Shown piece by piece: positions 30,678-42,682 of a stretch of 64,000 nucleotides of DNA; positions within the stretch are counted from its first letter, which is position 1; every line of letters starts with the position of its first letter. The stretch is from Tubiluchus corallicola. Taxonomy: Eukaryota; Animalia; Priapulida. The translations under genes were made by a program, and so were the position numbers. The notes below the pieces were generated by a model that had not been told where the DNA came from, searched no databases, and saw nothing but the letters and a program-made list of their open reading frames with translations. The stretch is from NCBI GenBank assembly GCA_030141605.1, contig JAQGDQ010000414.1:124001-188000 (forward strand). The letters run 5' to 3'.

Positions 30678-33194
30678 TTAATGTAAACGCACCGTAACCT
30701 ATCTTCCAAAAACTGTCTAGTGGAACCAGGAGTGAAACTTTAATTAACGCACTATGTGAAATACTGGCAAAATTACTTACTATGACAAGCACTTCATGAC
30801 AAAGTGAAGGTTAGTGATCATCATCTCACAAACAAAAGTGGTATAGCAATTTGAAACTTTTGTATACATAATACTCGTGACAAGTATTTAGGGGAAAAAT
30901 TGCATAAATACCCTGTATGAAGCTACAAAAAAAAATTTAACACGTGTCGCCAAAATGTAGTCTGCAGTAAGGACTGTTTCCCACAGTTAATGTCAGAAAG
31001 TCTAATAATTTACCCATACTGGCAATACATATATGTGTAATTATTTGCAATTATAGATGTTATTAACATACATGTGCATCAGTGAGTGGATAGAAACTTT
31101 CATTGTTTAGGGCAGTTGCTTCAAGTGCACAAAAAAAGTTTAAACAATATTAGTTTATAATTATGATTAACGTACCAGAAAAATTCTTGTCATTAAGTAT
31201 CTTCTCGCGTAGTTTGATGATTCAAGGGAAATACAAACAGGAATTCCAAGGTCTGGCGTTCGAATCGTCCTTGAGTTAAGACTTATGATCTTATACGTAT
31301 GTTTTATATTATGTGATAACACCATTGCATAGTTGAGAACATTTTTGATAGGTTGTTATTTTATTTTCTGCTACAAAATGTAGTCCATTACAAAAGATAT
31401 CTATTACAACAGACCTATTACATAGACGATGTCTGTTAATAGTTTCTATTACAACAGATCGTGAGTGACACCGAGGCTAATTAGCATTACTAATTTGTAT
31501 AGTTTCTAATGTCATTATTAGCATGCAAAGAGGTATTATTAATGCCTCTTCTTGACCAAAGCCAATGCATGTGATTTTAGCTTACTCAGTGGCTTTAACT
31601 CTTAGGCATTTGTTTCTGCTTCTCTAGCTTCTCCCAAGAGGTGCTCACAGTGTCAGAGAGACAAAGCCTAGAGCTATTATTAATGTGAAAATTTGTCAAT
31701 TAAGAGAAGTCTGCATTATCCACGTGTATTATTAGACAATAATGTTCTCCTGTAAGGATGTAGAAGCACTTCTCCCGAAGGAGACACACCATTCACCTGA
31801 AAGTTGATTCGACCACGACCACACATGCTGCGCTGCCATTGTAAAATTTCTTCATACAAAAGCAACCTTTGCACGCTTAAGAATTTATTCTTAGCGGAAA
31901 CATTCTAAGATAGGAGGTGCCATATTGCGTAACAGTTATAAAAGGCCAGTAGGAAAAATTTTCTTTTTTGGGGCGCTGCATTTCAGGTGTGGAGCTTAGA
32001 AGTTTGCCAATATCATCAAACAGGATTAATCACTAGTCTCAACCTACGTGTACCTGAGGTGAAACGAATAATCACCAAAATTAACAATTAAGTATTAAGT
32101 TTCAACGCTAGTACAAGAAATGACACATATTGATGTCCAAATATGGATTTTTTTAAATATTAATACGAACTTATATAATGATATAAGCATCTTTATGTAC
32201 AAAACTCAAACGACGCATCATTAAGTGTGCAACTGTTGTTTAGATTTCTGATACGCAACTGCGTCAGTTGCAAAAATATGTAAAACAAGTGTGAAAATTA
32301 CTATACTAACTAGGTACTGAATGTTTGCAAAACATAAAATTATTTAAGATACATTGATGTAATAGATTGAAAAGATACAGTGAAAATAATCATTGCTTGT
32401 AAATAGCTAAAGCATTCATATAGTACAAAATGTGCCTTACTTTACACTTACTAAACAAAAACTAATTTATAACGAAGAAAAAGAAAGAAATCATTTTTAC
32501 TAACAACAGAAACTAACATAATTAACGACATTAGTATTCAGTTTAAATGATTAGGATTTTTATTGTTCAAATATGAAACAAATTTCCATACTTGAATGTA
32601 AATTGCTATTATGATGGTCGAAAATTCAAATTTCTTTGGTATTTATTTGGTATTTTCTATTTTGTACATGGTTTTGCATTTTTATTTCAAAACGTAATGT
32701 GTTCCGGTGATTTGTCGCTTGTTTTGCTAGTGAATTATACCAAAAAGGATTGCTTGTTTTATCTACTTTATATTAAATGTTCTAGAGTTTAGATCAGGGG
32801 TGTGAAAGAAAGGCAAATTGAAATCAGAACCGTGTGTCAAGTTGCCTAAGATAAATTACTAATAAAGCTACGCGACAAACTCCGATAGTTGTTAGTGATA
32901 GATACTCAATGGCTATTGGTATAATGCTGGTGCACAGTTTCAAGCAGAAGACATCACTAAACCGTGCGTATTGTACACACATTTTGAAATGTGTTCAACA
33001 TTGTGTGCTTGACATTTGTATTACTAGTACTCTTCTAAAAATTCAATTATTATATAAAATTGCATCTTTGCAGGCAGCCTTGCTGCTTGTATCCTTCTCT
33101 AAGCGAGCAGGAGGGTTAAACAATGAAAGGCAAAATGTAACTTTAGTGAACTGGACTGACCAGGTATTGGATTAATTAGTTAATTGACAATATA

Positions 33195-33265
33195 CAGGTC
33201 GAACAATCAGACCAGTCATACCAGATGCTTTAAAAACTGTAGCGGCTATTGTCCTGCTTGGGGTG
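33195..33265 (+). mobile_element. SINE central-domain remnant related to 49040-49157
   Basis: ccagtcataccagatgctttaaaaactg...cctgcttgg; shares agtcatacca downstream of a degenerate B-box. Confidence 0.4.
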
Positions 33266-33320
33266 TAGTACCTAGTGTAAAAGTGGTGTAATAATCTTCA
33301 AAAAATTAATTTAAATAAAG

Positions 33321-33406
<86 letters not shown>

Positions 33407-33455
33407 CATCATTATTATTATTATTATTACTATTATTATTATTATTATTATTATT
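33321..33455. repeat. (ATT)n microsatellite
   Basis: Directly visible. Confidence 0.97.
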
Positions 33456-33714
33456 GCAATACGAATTTCGACTATTGAAATGGCTCATTTTGTATTGCGT
33501 CTCAGGGATTATTTCAGGAACAGTGTTGTTAAACATTAAAATTTTATTTTCCTTTTCCACCAAAATGCACCTAATTCCGTTTCTTTTCTGCCTCTGTTGC
33601 TCTAAACATCTATTGCAGACATTGGGCCATGTCATTAATTAGAGCGCCACTGTTTCCTGTCTGCAGTAAATTTAATAGGTTTCGTAGGTTTCAGTTTGTC
33701 GTTTAATGCTAAAG

Positions 33715-34135
33715 CTTAGGTGCTGTTTCTGACAATCTCACTAAATGTCTACCCATTTTAGTCTTCTGATTCTAATTTAGTGCTCCAGAAAAGTTCCTCT
33801 TTGGTTCTGCTATACAGCTGCTCATTTAAAATGATATATGATTTTATTTTTTTTTATTTTTTATTTTTAAGATTTTTCTGAGCAGACCTCTGTAAAACAC
33901 ATCTATTCTGCTTCCTGCGTTGCAGTCAAGCCCCACATTTCAGTGTTGCACATGAAGATAGCAGTTACATATGCATTGAAGAATCGCAGCCCTGTTTTGA
34001 GGGATAGTTTCATGCTGGTTAGAATTGATTTATTTTGGATAAAATCGTAGATTGCCCATTGCTTCCTATTTTTGATATCATCTTCTGTGTTAGGTAGTGA
34101 TCCCATGTATTTGCAACGCTTCCAGGATTTCCGTC
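33715..34135 (-). mobile_element. RTE-like LINE fragment (post-RT region), decayed
   Basis: WKRCKYMGSLPNTEDDIKNRKQ...LSLKTGLRFFNAYVTAIFMCNTEMWGLT, then DVFYRGLLRKI, NEQLYSRT and IRRLKWV in shifted frames. Confidence 0.8.
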
Positions 34136-34664
34136 CCGTGATATGTTAAATTCTTTAGTTTGATTCTATTTAATTTCTGTTATTATTTTAAATTCGCGTG
34201 CAGCTCAACATTTCGCTTTCAATAACGCAAAAACACGATAAACACATGAAATATTAAATAAACAATGATAAACGAACACTTGAATAAATGACAAAAATAA
34301 GTTTAATGAATGGAAAAACAAACAATGTTAGAAAATTCAGAAACGTAACAGTTTTAGTTTGGTATTACTTAAAGTGAAAAAAGAATTCAAATTGAATCAT
34401 TAACAATTTTATTATTAAATAAACAAAAATATTAAAAGCGTCCGAGGTCCGCATGGCCCCAAGTCACATCCAGTCATTACTGCTGCATCCTACGACAGAA
34501 CCCATTCCTCTTTTGCCATGGAAACCCGAATAGTCTGAGAAATCCTGCTAAACACATTCATGAATGACCTTCAGAGTCCCTGCGAAAAATTCAGTCTTCA
34601 TTTGGGGGCCTATGCAGCACCCCGGACCGCGACGCTGCTCTGTTTCATCTTCACACCATGGAAC

Positions 34665-35135
34665 TCAATGGATCAAGTGAAGCTCTCCATCCCCCTCAGG
34701 TAGTAACTCAATAATGAGTTCGTCAGCAGATATTTCGGTTACTTCCATATCTGATTCCTCCCGTTCGCTCTCATCGTTAGCAGCCTCGGTTGGTAAAGGA
34801 ACCACGTGCGCCCATTGACGTGCGTTGTGGATCCTGTTGGATCTCACCAATTTTGCTATTCGGCTTCTAACCCTTTTAAAAAAGCGGGGTCGTGCATTCG
34901 AAGTTAGCTTCTCTATCTCCTCGTCCACATTGCAACCGCTGGATAATGGTACAATATTTGTCCAGGTTACCTCACTGCAGTTGAACCTTGGTCGACGACT
35001 AACCAGATCTATCACCCTTGTCTTCAATCTTTTGAAGACGTCAGTTTGGGCCGTATCAAAGATATCGTCTTTATTTTGTGCGATTCTTATTGCAACAACT
35101 CTGTCCCTGCTGAACAGCCTCCTGAAATACTCCAT
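34665..35135 (-). CDS. Orphan 156-aa ORF with an internal two-fold repeat and acidic C-terminus; function unknown
   Basis: ATG-initiated, non-microsatellite ORF in a GC-richer island. FKRLKTRVIDLV...WTNIVPL is repeated as FKRVRSRIAKLV...WAHVVPL. AATAAA lies on the same strand at 34413-34408. Confidence 0.5.
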   Translation of the reverse strand: MEYFRRLFSRDRVVAIRIAQNKDDIFDTAQTDVFKRLKTRVIDLVSRRPRFNCSEVTWTNIVPLSSGCNVDEEIEKLTSNARPRFFKRVRSRIAKLVRSNRIHNARQWAHVVPLPTEAANDESEREESDMEVTEISADELIIELLPEGDGELHLIH

Positions 35136-38100
35136 AACTCTCCAAAATCAGGATAAAAAAGAATAATATGCGAGAAAAGAAAAAACTCTGCCGTTTACCA
35201 TGAAACTTCAGAAATGTGTACGCGTCAGTAATAAGCATGACGAAAGACACTGTGTTATGACGCAAATATTATAACAGCGCGTAATATAAACTCGGCGGTC
35301 AGTAGATGTTATTAATTATGCCACTTTATTTTAATGAAAAGCTCTACGTTGTCTGGATCTAGACAGAGAATTCACTGTACAAAAAACTTCACAGTAGTAT
35401 TTTAGTAAAAACTTGATTAGCGCGTCCAAACCTGATTAAACTAGAAACTTTTCCGACCTGTTCAACTTAATTTTTAATATTGAATTGCAAGAGGTACCTC
35501 GCCTAGAAGGGCTAAAACTACCCAGGTTGGTTCGGTACCAGCAGATGAGGAGGCCAAGCAGTCTATAACTCTTCCAAGAAACAACAGAATGATGTTTGAG
35601 ATAAATGACAACTTTATTGGCAATTTACATGAAGTAGATTCAAAAATAATGATGAAATAGGGTTTACACATAACTTGGCTTCAACAGAAACTTACATTTA
35701 GCGTTACATTTTTTGTTATTTTTTTAAAAATTGTGTACAGGAAAAAGATAAAAGATAAGATAAGGTGCATTTATTACTGGTAAAAAGTAAAAACTGCTAC
35801 ACATGTACAGAACTACATGTATAACTGTTATTTCAAAATCCAAAATATTTGACTCCATCAGTTTGTCGATGGCACTCTTGTGAAATTAAACGCACAAATG
35901 GACACAGGTTCGAATCCCAATGGAACCAATGTAGTAATGCGCGTAAATCCATAGCCCTGACTCCAATATTTTAGTTTATTAATAACATATAATATCCATA
36001 GCGAATCTACAAGCGTGACAATAAGGATGAGGATTTCTGCAGCCACCAACAGATTGGGTGTGTAACTGAATTTAGATACCTTTGTGACGTCATACATACT
36101 TCATGTATTTTGGAAAGGGATTCTCACTACCCTTGACTAGGGTTTGAACTCATGCACTGAAACTCGTAGCACCTGTATTATTTCTGCTTCAATGTTCCTT
36201 CAGATTTTTCTGAAAACCACTCGGAACCAGTAACGTCAGTAAATGTCTATTAAAAACTACGAAAAGTTTTACTAATGACGGGAAAATGCTAAAGTCATGG
36301 TCACTGGTAATTGGCAAGTGAAGTCTTTGTAGGACATTGAAGGCAATGAAAACTTTGTCGAATGTTTGAAGCCTAGACACATTGAAGTCCCTAAACCGCT
36401 GCTGTTGACTTTAAGCCAGTGAAGACCTTGTTACTGATTTGAAACCTTTATAACGACCTTGTCACTCAGGAGAAGTTGCTCCATAGTCTTATGTGTAACT
36501 TAAGTAACATTGTTCAATTTCAGTAAGTTCTTAGTTCATTGAATAGATAAAGATACTGGGGCAGTAATTGTGGCAATGGTTAAACGTAATGTCATCACCA
36601 CCACCCAAAGTGCCTGCCTTCTCCCTGGAGAGTTCTGGTCCATTGCGGTTAAGCATTACTTATAGTCACATCAATGACTGTGAAAGGACAGAGATATGCA
36701 CAATATGTACGGTGGCCATTACTATTCAAATTGCAATCGCTCCACGTCGCCCCCTAGGAGTTGTTGACGGCGCAAAACAAAAGACCATCTAATAGACTAT
36801 AATACCTTTAGTCTTGTCGGCTTTCAACCCTGCTTAATGTTTGTCTGCTCAGTAAAGGAACTGAATCCACTTGGGCTGTGTTTATGAACTTTATAGAAAT
36901 AATGCTGACACATTGGCATAAAAGGTTAAATATGGCTTCATATAATTTATATAAGCTTGAACAACATTTGGAGTTTTAAAGCGTCATTTTAATAGAATTT
37001 TAATAAAGTTGGTTCTTCCTGCCAAAGTTCGTCTTTGACTACTTTATGCTGGCTGAGGTTAACAGTTATTTCTGTTGACCGTCTCCAATTGAGCACTCAG
37101 ACAACTACGTTTTTGGTGGAACTTTTCTAGTGAGTTTTTAATCTACATTGCGAATTACAGTATGCTAGAGAGACACCAAGAAATGGTTGCCCCATTTGCA
37201 AAATAGACTCCGAAACTCTATCAGTTAGCTGAAACCATACTCTTTGGTGCTAATATAAGACGAAAATTAGTGTGTATTAGTAAAGAATGAACAGCGTATA
37301 TACTTTTCCATAAAATGCAAATATTTGTACCATAGACGTACGGCAGGAAGCTTCACAAGGGTGAGGGGGGGTGTCTAAGGAATTTGCCCTGAAAATTTTC
37401 CAAGTTGCCCTAATTTGAGGGAGACAATCATCTCCAGGCACCCCAAAGCAATTGCAATAGCAATAGTTTCACTGCAAAAAAACATACAAATACTTTCACA
37501 ATACGTTTTCTAACATTTCGGAAATTGAAAAGAAATGATGATCATGACGGTTTATGTTTTTCTTTTGCCCTACGTGTCTATAAGTTTGCCAGCACATTGA
37601 GGTACATGTACTTAACAAGTGTAACATATGAGGTTTAGTGAACTAAATTTGATAGCAGGCACTATTATACCTTTACAATTATTAAAAGTTAAAAACAATT
37701 CGTCGTACAAGAAACACTATAACTGCAGCCAGTGAAAAGTGGTATGCCTAATGCAGTACGTAAACAATTTTTGAACATTGAAATCTTAAATTTTGAAATT
37801 TTAAATCAGAATTATTTGCTCCGAAAATAATCAGCTTTTGCCCTGAAAATGGACAATTCATTTTGTACTGAGAAAGCAACCGCCCCTCTTGCCTTGTACG
37901 TTTGTACCGGCGGGGTGTCACTTCATATAAACACGAGTGTTCATTCCTATCGCCTCCAGCACCCTTTTGGTACAAATGATTCTATTGCAATGAGAAATCA
38001 CAGAAGCCGTAATCAGAATTGTAACGCAAGTTTACCACCTCCACTACAACCTTTCCTTTGTTATGTAACTTTAATTTTCTCCACCACGTGGTGATCTATC

Positions 38101-38979
38101 TGCCCCGGAACTTTCTCCTCGTTGACAGTCGAACAAAAAGACAAAGAAACGTTACTTTGCAACACTGGCTCGTACATCACCATTCTCCTTAATTCTGTAA
38201 AATGTAAACTGATTTGCTCTGAAAGATTGCAATGATTTTGAATAAGCCAGGCAAATGAATGTTCTCACTTGCATGCTAAAAAATTTAATGTTTTAAACGA
38301 CCTACGCTTATCCTCTGTCAACGAGTCGCAGCATTGAAGGCCTATAGAGGTTATTTGCACCAACCAAAAAATTGCATATTTGATTCTCGGCTGGGATTTT
38401 TTTAGGTTTGTGATAACGCCCTGTTTCGATGTACAGTTCATGAGAACTTATTCTCTAAGTTTAGTGAGTAATAGAGGATGAATTATAAACAAGTTCAGAA
38501 AGCACGAAAATCTGGAAATGATAAGATAATAAGAAAACGGGAATAATATGTATAGTAGGTTTTTACACTTCCCTTTTACAGCTAGTTACTCGTTTTAGAC
38601 AGATGTTGAAGTGTTAAAAGTATAAACAGGCGATTCACGCGGGCAATATTTAAGTTTCGCATTGGAAAGAGATATATGAACGTGAACGATATTAAAAAAT
38701 CAAAATAAATTATATTTTGCTTAAATTTTGCTTTGTTGGTTTGAAAGTTTAGATAAACATTTTGGAAAATGAAGCATTTTTTCATTCTTTAGCAGCTACA
38801 GGGTTATTTTCAGTTCCCACATTTGGTTGCGACATTTATTAAACTGTGCTCACTGTTGATATTGTTGATATCAAAAAGTATAAAGTTACAAGTGTTTCCG
38901 ATTTTAATAAAATTCGTGAGTGTATTGGAAAAAAGAACAAAAGTGTGCGCATGTGCGCAAGACAGATGAAAACAGCAGA

Positions 38980-39305
38980 AAGAAAGTAAAGAGAAAGAAA
39001 GAAGAAAAGAAAAAATAAAGAAAGATATTATTATGAAGAAATCTTCTATTAGAAAGATAGAAAGAATAAAAGGAAAAACAAAGAGAGAAACAAAGAATGA
39101 ATGGAAAATAAATAAATGAATGAATAATGAATGAGCGAGCGAACGAATGAATGAATGAATAAACGAACGAATTAAGAACGAAAAAAGAAAGACAGAACAA
39201 ACAAATAACGAAAGAGAGAAGGAAAGAAGAAGAAGGAGGGAAAAAAGCAACAACAGTAAAAAGAACCGCAGAAGGAAAGAAAAAAGAAAGGAAAGAAAGA
39301 GCGAG
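38980..39305. repeat. Purine-rich low-complexity tract with (GAAT)n
   Basis: Directly visible. Confidence 0.8.
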
Positions 39306-39907
39306 CAAATATATTAACAAAGGACGGAAAGAGAAGATACAGCGACAAACATTTAATGCTCTGCTAATGATCAATTATGACAAATCTATTGTAAAAGATA
39401 AGAACTCACTGTTACATTTTGCACCTAAAATCATTGTAGTCCAGTCAATTTCAAGCATGCTTATCACAACGCAGGCGCCTTTAAATCAAATATTAATGTG
39501 TTTTTTCATAAATAAAATACATTTTCTCTCCTTACGTGTGGCTTCTTTTTGCGCTGTCAATTGCACAATGATTGTCGTGACAAAGTGTCAATTGATCAAA
39601 CTGAGCACAATTCATGACAGCCTAGTAGAAAGGCGGGGTGGATCCAAAATAGTAAAGCCTCGAATATCGGGGTTACTGGCTGATCCATAATAGTGCAGCA
39701 GAAGTGAAGCACAGAGCGTACCTCAAAAAGTAAACTCTTATAGCAGTCGGCTATTGGTAGATCTGTGATGGGGGGGGCAGAAAAATTTGGGTGGGTCTAA
39801 AATCACGTGCTGGAAAAAAGGAGTAGATTGTGCATAATTGACTGTCAATTAGCTGTAGGTGATGACAGTCATTGTGTAAAGATAAAAGCTGCAGATGACA
39901 TTAGTGG

Positions 39908-40190
39908 ATGACGAAGAAGAAGATGACGATGACGATGATAATGGCCATAATGACAACATTTCTAGAAGGAGAAGAAAAAAAGAAAGTATAAGCAGGAGCA
40001 GAAAAAGAGAACAAGGTCAAGATGATAATGGTGGTGATGATGGTGATGATGCTAATTACAGCGTTGAGATGGCACTGATGACGACGACGACGATGATCGT
40101 GATGATGGCGATGATGATGATGGTGGTGGTGGTGCTGGTGGTGGCAATGACGACGATGATGATGATGATGATGATGATGATGACAATAAT
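39908..40190. repeat. Degenerate (GAT/GAC/GGT)n tract
   Basis: Directly visible. Confidence 0.85.
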
Positions 40191-40979
40191 AAGGAGAGAA
40201 GCAAGTTGTTTGATTCCTTTCTTGCTTCCTTCATCGTGACAACAATTCAGTTTTATTTTGTTTATTGTTTATCTGTTGTTTTAAATTCACGGTTACCAGA
40301 AAAACAAACCTCAGGTTTCTTTATAAATTGCTTGCCTCCGGTTCACGTAATACCATTGTCATAAGCATCATTCATTTTTATGACAAACATATTTCTCCCT
40401 AGTTTTTCTAAGCAAATGTACGAAACTTGACAAAATTCTTAATTATTGTTTTCCATATTGTCTTCCTCTCTTATTGTTTGGACTCTGTCCTGGATGCGCT
40501 CGCAGATTGATTATTACAGGATCCGCACTTTGTTAGCACTTTTGCTGCGTTATATTGTCAATAATAAAACGCCTTTCCATCGATCAGAAGAACAAAACAT
40601 CTGCCAGCATCCCACACTGCATACCAACGTTCTTTTAGATGGAAAAAATGTTGGGAAAGATCCTGCCAAACGTGGGAACATTTCCCGGTAGCGGTGGGCA
40701 TAACTGTTAACAAAACAACCAGTGAACGACCATTCACGTTACAGTATTATGTGTTTTGATCAAATAAAAATAACACATTGGTGAAATTCTAGCAGTTTTG
40801 GCCCCCATCATTTACAATTGTCGTCAAGTAAAATCCGAGCCGACACAGTTTGAATCTGGTATTTAGAGCCACAAACGTTTGATTCAAGATATTTGCATGA
40901 CTAAATTGAGCGTATTGTGTTATTTTTGGTAACCAAATTTGTTTACAGCAGTCAAATATTTGGGCTCAAGGTGCTCATA

Positions 40980-41191
40980 TGATCAAGATGCTATTGAAGC
41001 TCAAAATAATTCTATTCTATTCTATTCTATTCTATTCTATTCTATTCTATTCTATTCTATTCTATTCTATTCTATTCTATTCTATTCTATTCTATTCTAT
41101 TCTATTCTATTCTATTCTATTCTACTCTATTCTATTTTATTCTATTCTTTTCTATCCTATTATGTGATCAAGACGCTATTGAAGCTCAAAA
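40980..41191. repeat. (TTCTA)n microsatellite flanked by 28-bp direct repeats
   Basis: tgatcaaga(t/c)gctattgaagctcaaaat occurs on both sides. Confidence 0.92.
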
Positions 41192-41454
41192 TGTATCCTA
41201 TTGTGTTCTATACTATTGTACATAGAAAGCTCAAAATTCAGCCATTCCTCTGTTAAAGGTTAGATTTGATCAACGTGTACAAACACGCCGAGAATACAAT
41301 ACACGTTTAATTTTAACTCTCTGATTATGCAGCATCGTTGTTTGCTATTCAGTTCTAGTGCTAAATTTAGTATTTTGTGTTAATTTGTTTTATGCAAACT
41401 TTTTAGGTCGTAACGGCGATTTTTCTATATGGATCTTCACAAGAGCGAGACCTC

Positions 41455-42145
41455 CTCAATAGACAACAATTGCTTGTTTACAGGTCAGGCAAATGTGTGC
41501 AACACAATTACTCGGTTCTGTTCACATTAGGTAAAAGTTTTTAATTGCTCTTGAGCATTATTAGGCGCCCAATTAGCAGCGAACAGCCCACCCCCCTGCA
41601 AAATGCTCTCGTCCGGTGCACATGGCTTCACATCTGCCTGACTGCGCGTCCCGAGCAACTAACAAGACTTCACCTATACAATGGCATGCCTGCTAATCAA
41701 TACGCTATTATAGCCAATTCTATGGCCGGACCGTGCAATTTGGCAAATTTCTAAGGTCTTCGCTAAGAAAAGCGAGAGAAAAGCCAGGAAGGCTTTTGTT
41801 CGCGGGCACAATTCCGCTGGCTGCCTCGCCTCCTCCGTGCGCTGAGTACTTCTAACTATCTACCATTGTTACTGTAAATGGAGAATTGTGCAAGCGAGAG
41901 ACTCGATCGATGGGCTTCTTTTGTGCGCTTTCGACAATAGGGGCTTATCAATTCTCAAGCTTGCAGCCGCTCTAAAATCTTGTTTCTTTTGCCTGGCAAG
42001 AAAATAGTATAAATCTTCCATACGGCTGACAGTAGGGACAAAAGCCAGCCACTCTCCAGTTGCGTGCCAGCTGACAAAAGGCCGCCGGCAGAAAGCTTTT
42101 CAAACTCGTGAAATTCCTTTATGCAGCAAAATTGTTCACAACAAC
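41455..42145. promoter_or_regulatory. Candidate enhancer with dense Sox-type motifs
   Basis: Repeat-free, GC-richer island with about a dozen ACAAT/ATTGT/ACAAAAG/CTTTTGT motifs. Confidence 0.35.
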
Positions 42146-42488
42146 ACGTGCTAATGTGCCAAAATGGTTTTTATCCCGCGCTAACAAATAAGAACACGCG
42201 GAATTGTACAGAACGGAAAGGCGCAGTGATGTAAACACAAGAAAAGATGTTACTTTTTCAATGTTTCTCCTTCTCGACAATGGGAACTTGTTGCGGCTCT
42301 GGAAAAATAAATTTATTTTTGGACTGCGGATTGTTCAGTGGCCTTGTCATGACCTTGAGTTCTGGCTTCTGTGGGCGTTAAGAGAAACGTTGCTGCATTG
42401 TGGCCAACAATTTAAAAGCTGAAGTTAAAATGAAGTTTTACTAAGTGAAACCAAACAAGCTGTTTGGAGGAATTGTGCCTTGAATACC

Positions 42489-42682
42489 TTAGTTAGATTA
42501 TAACTGTTATTGCCAGAGTGTTTACTTAAACCATTGCGGCTTATTTTTAACAATTATTACCCATTGCGGTAATGAGTTGGAGGGAGAAAGGAGACCACCA
42601 GTCCACAATTGTTCTTCCTTCCTCTAACTCATCACCCGCAATGGGGTAATAACTCTGGCAATCACAGTCATAATCAAACTAA
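42489..42682. mobile_element. Foldback/MITE-like inverted repeat
   Basis: ttagttagattataactgttattgccagagt pairs with actctggcaatcacagtcataatcaaactaa. Inner ttattacccattgcggtaatgagttggagg pairs with cctctaactcatcacccgcaatggggtaataa. Confidence 0.75.

Noticed and set aside
35895-35935. Perfect B-box GGTTCGAATCCC suggesting a tRNA gene
   Set aside because: No A-box or cloverleaf can be built; at most a SINE relic.
37331-37582. Possible hAT-type MITE starting catagacgtacg
   Set aside because: The right TIR is poor and there is no target-site duplication.
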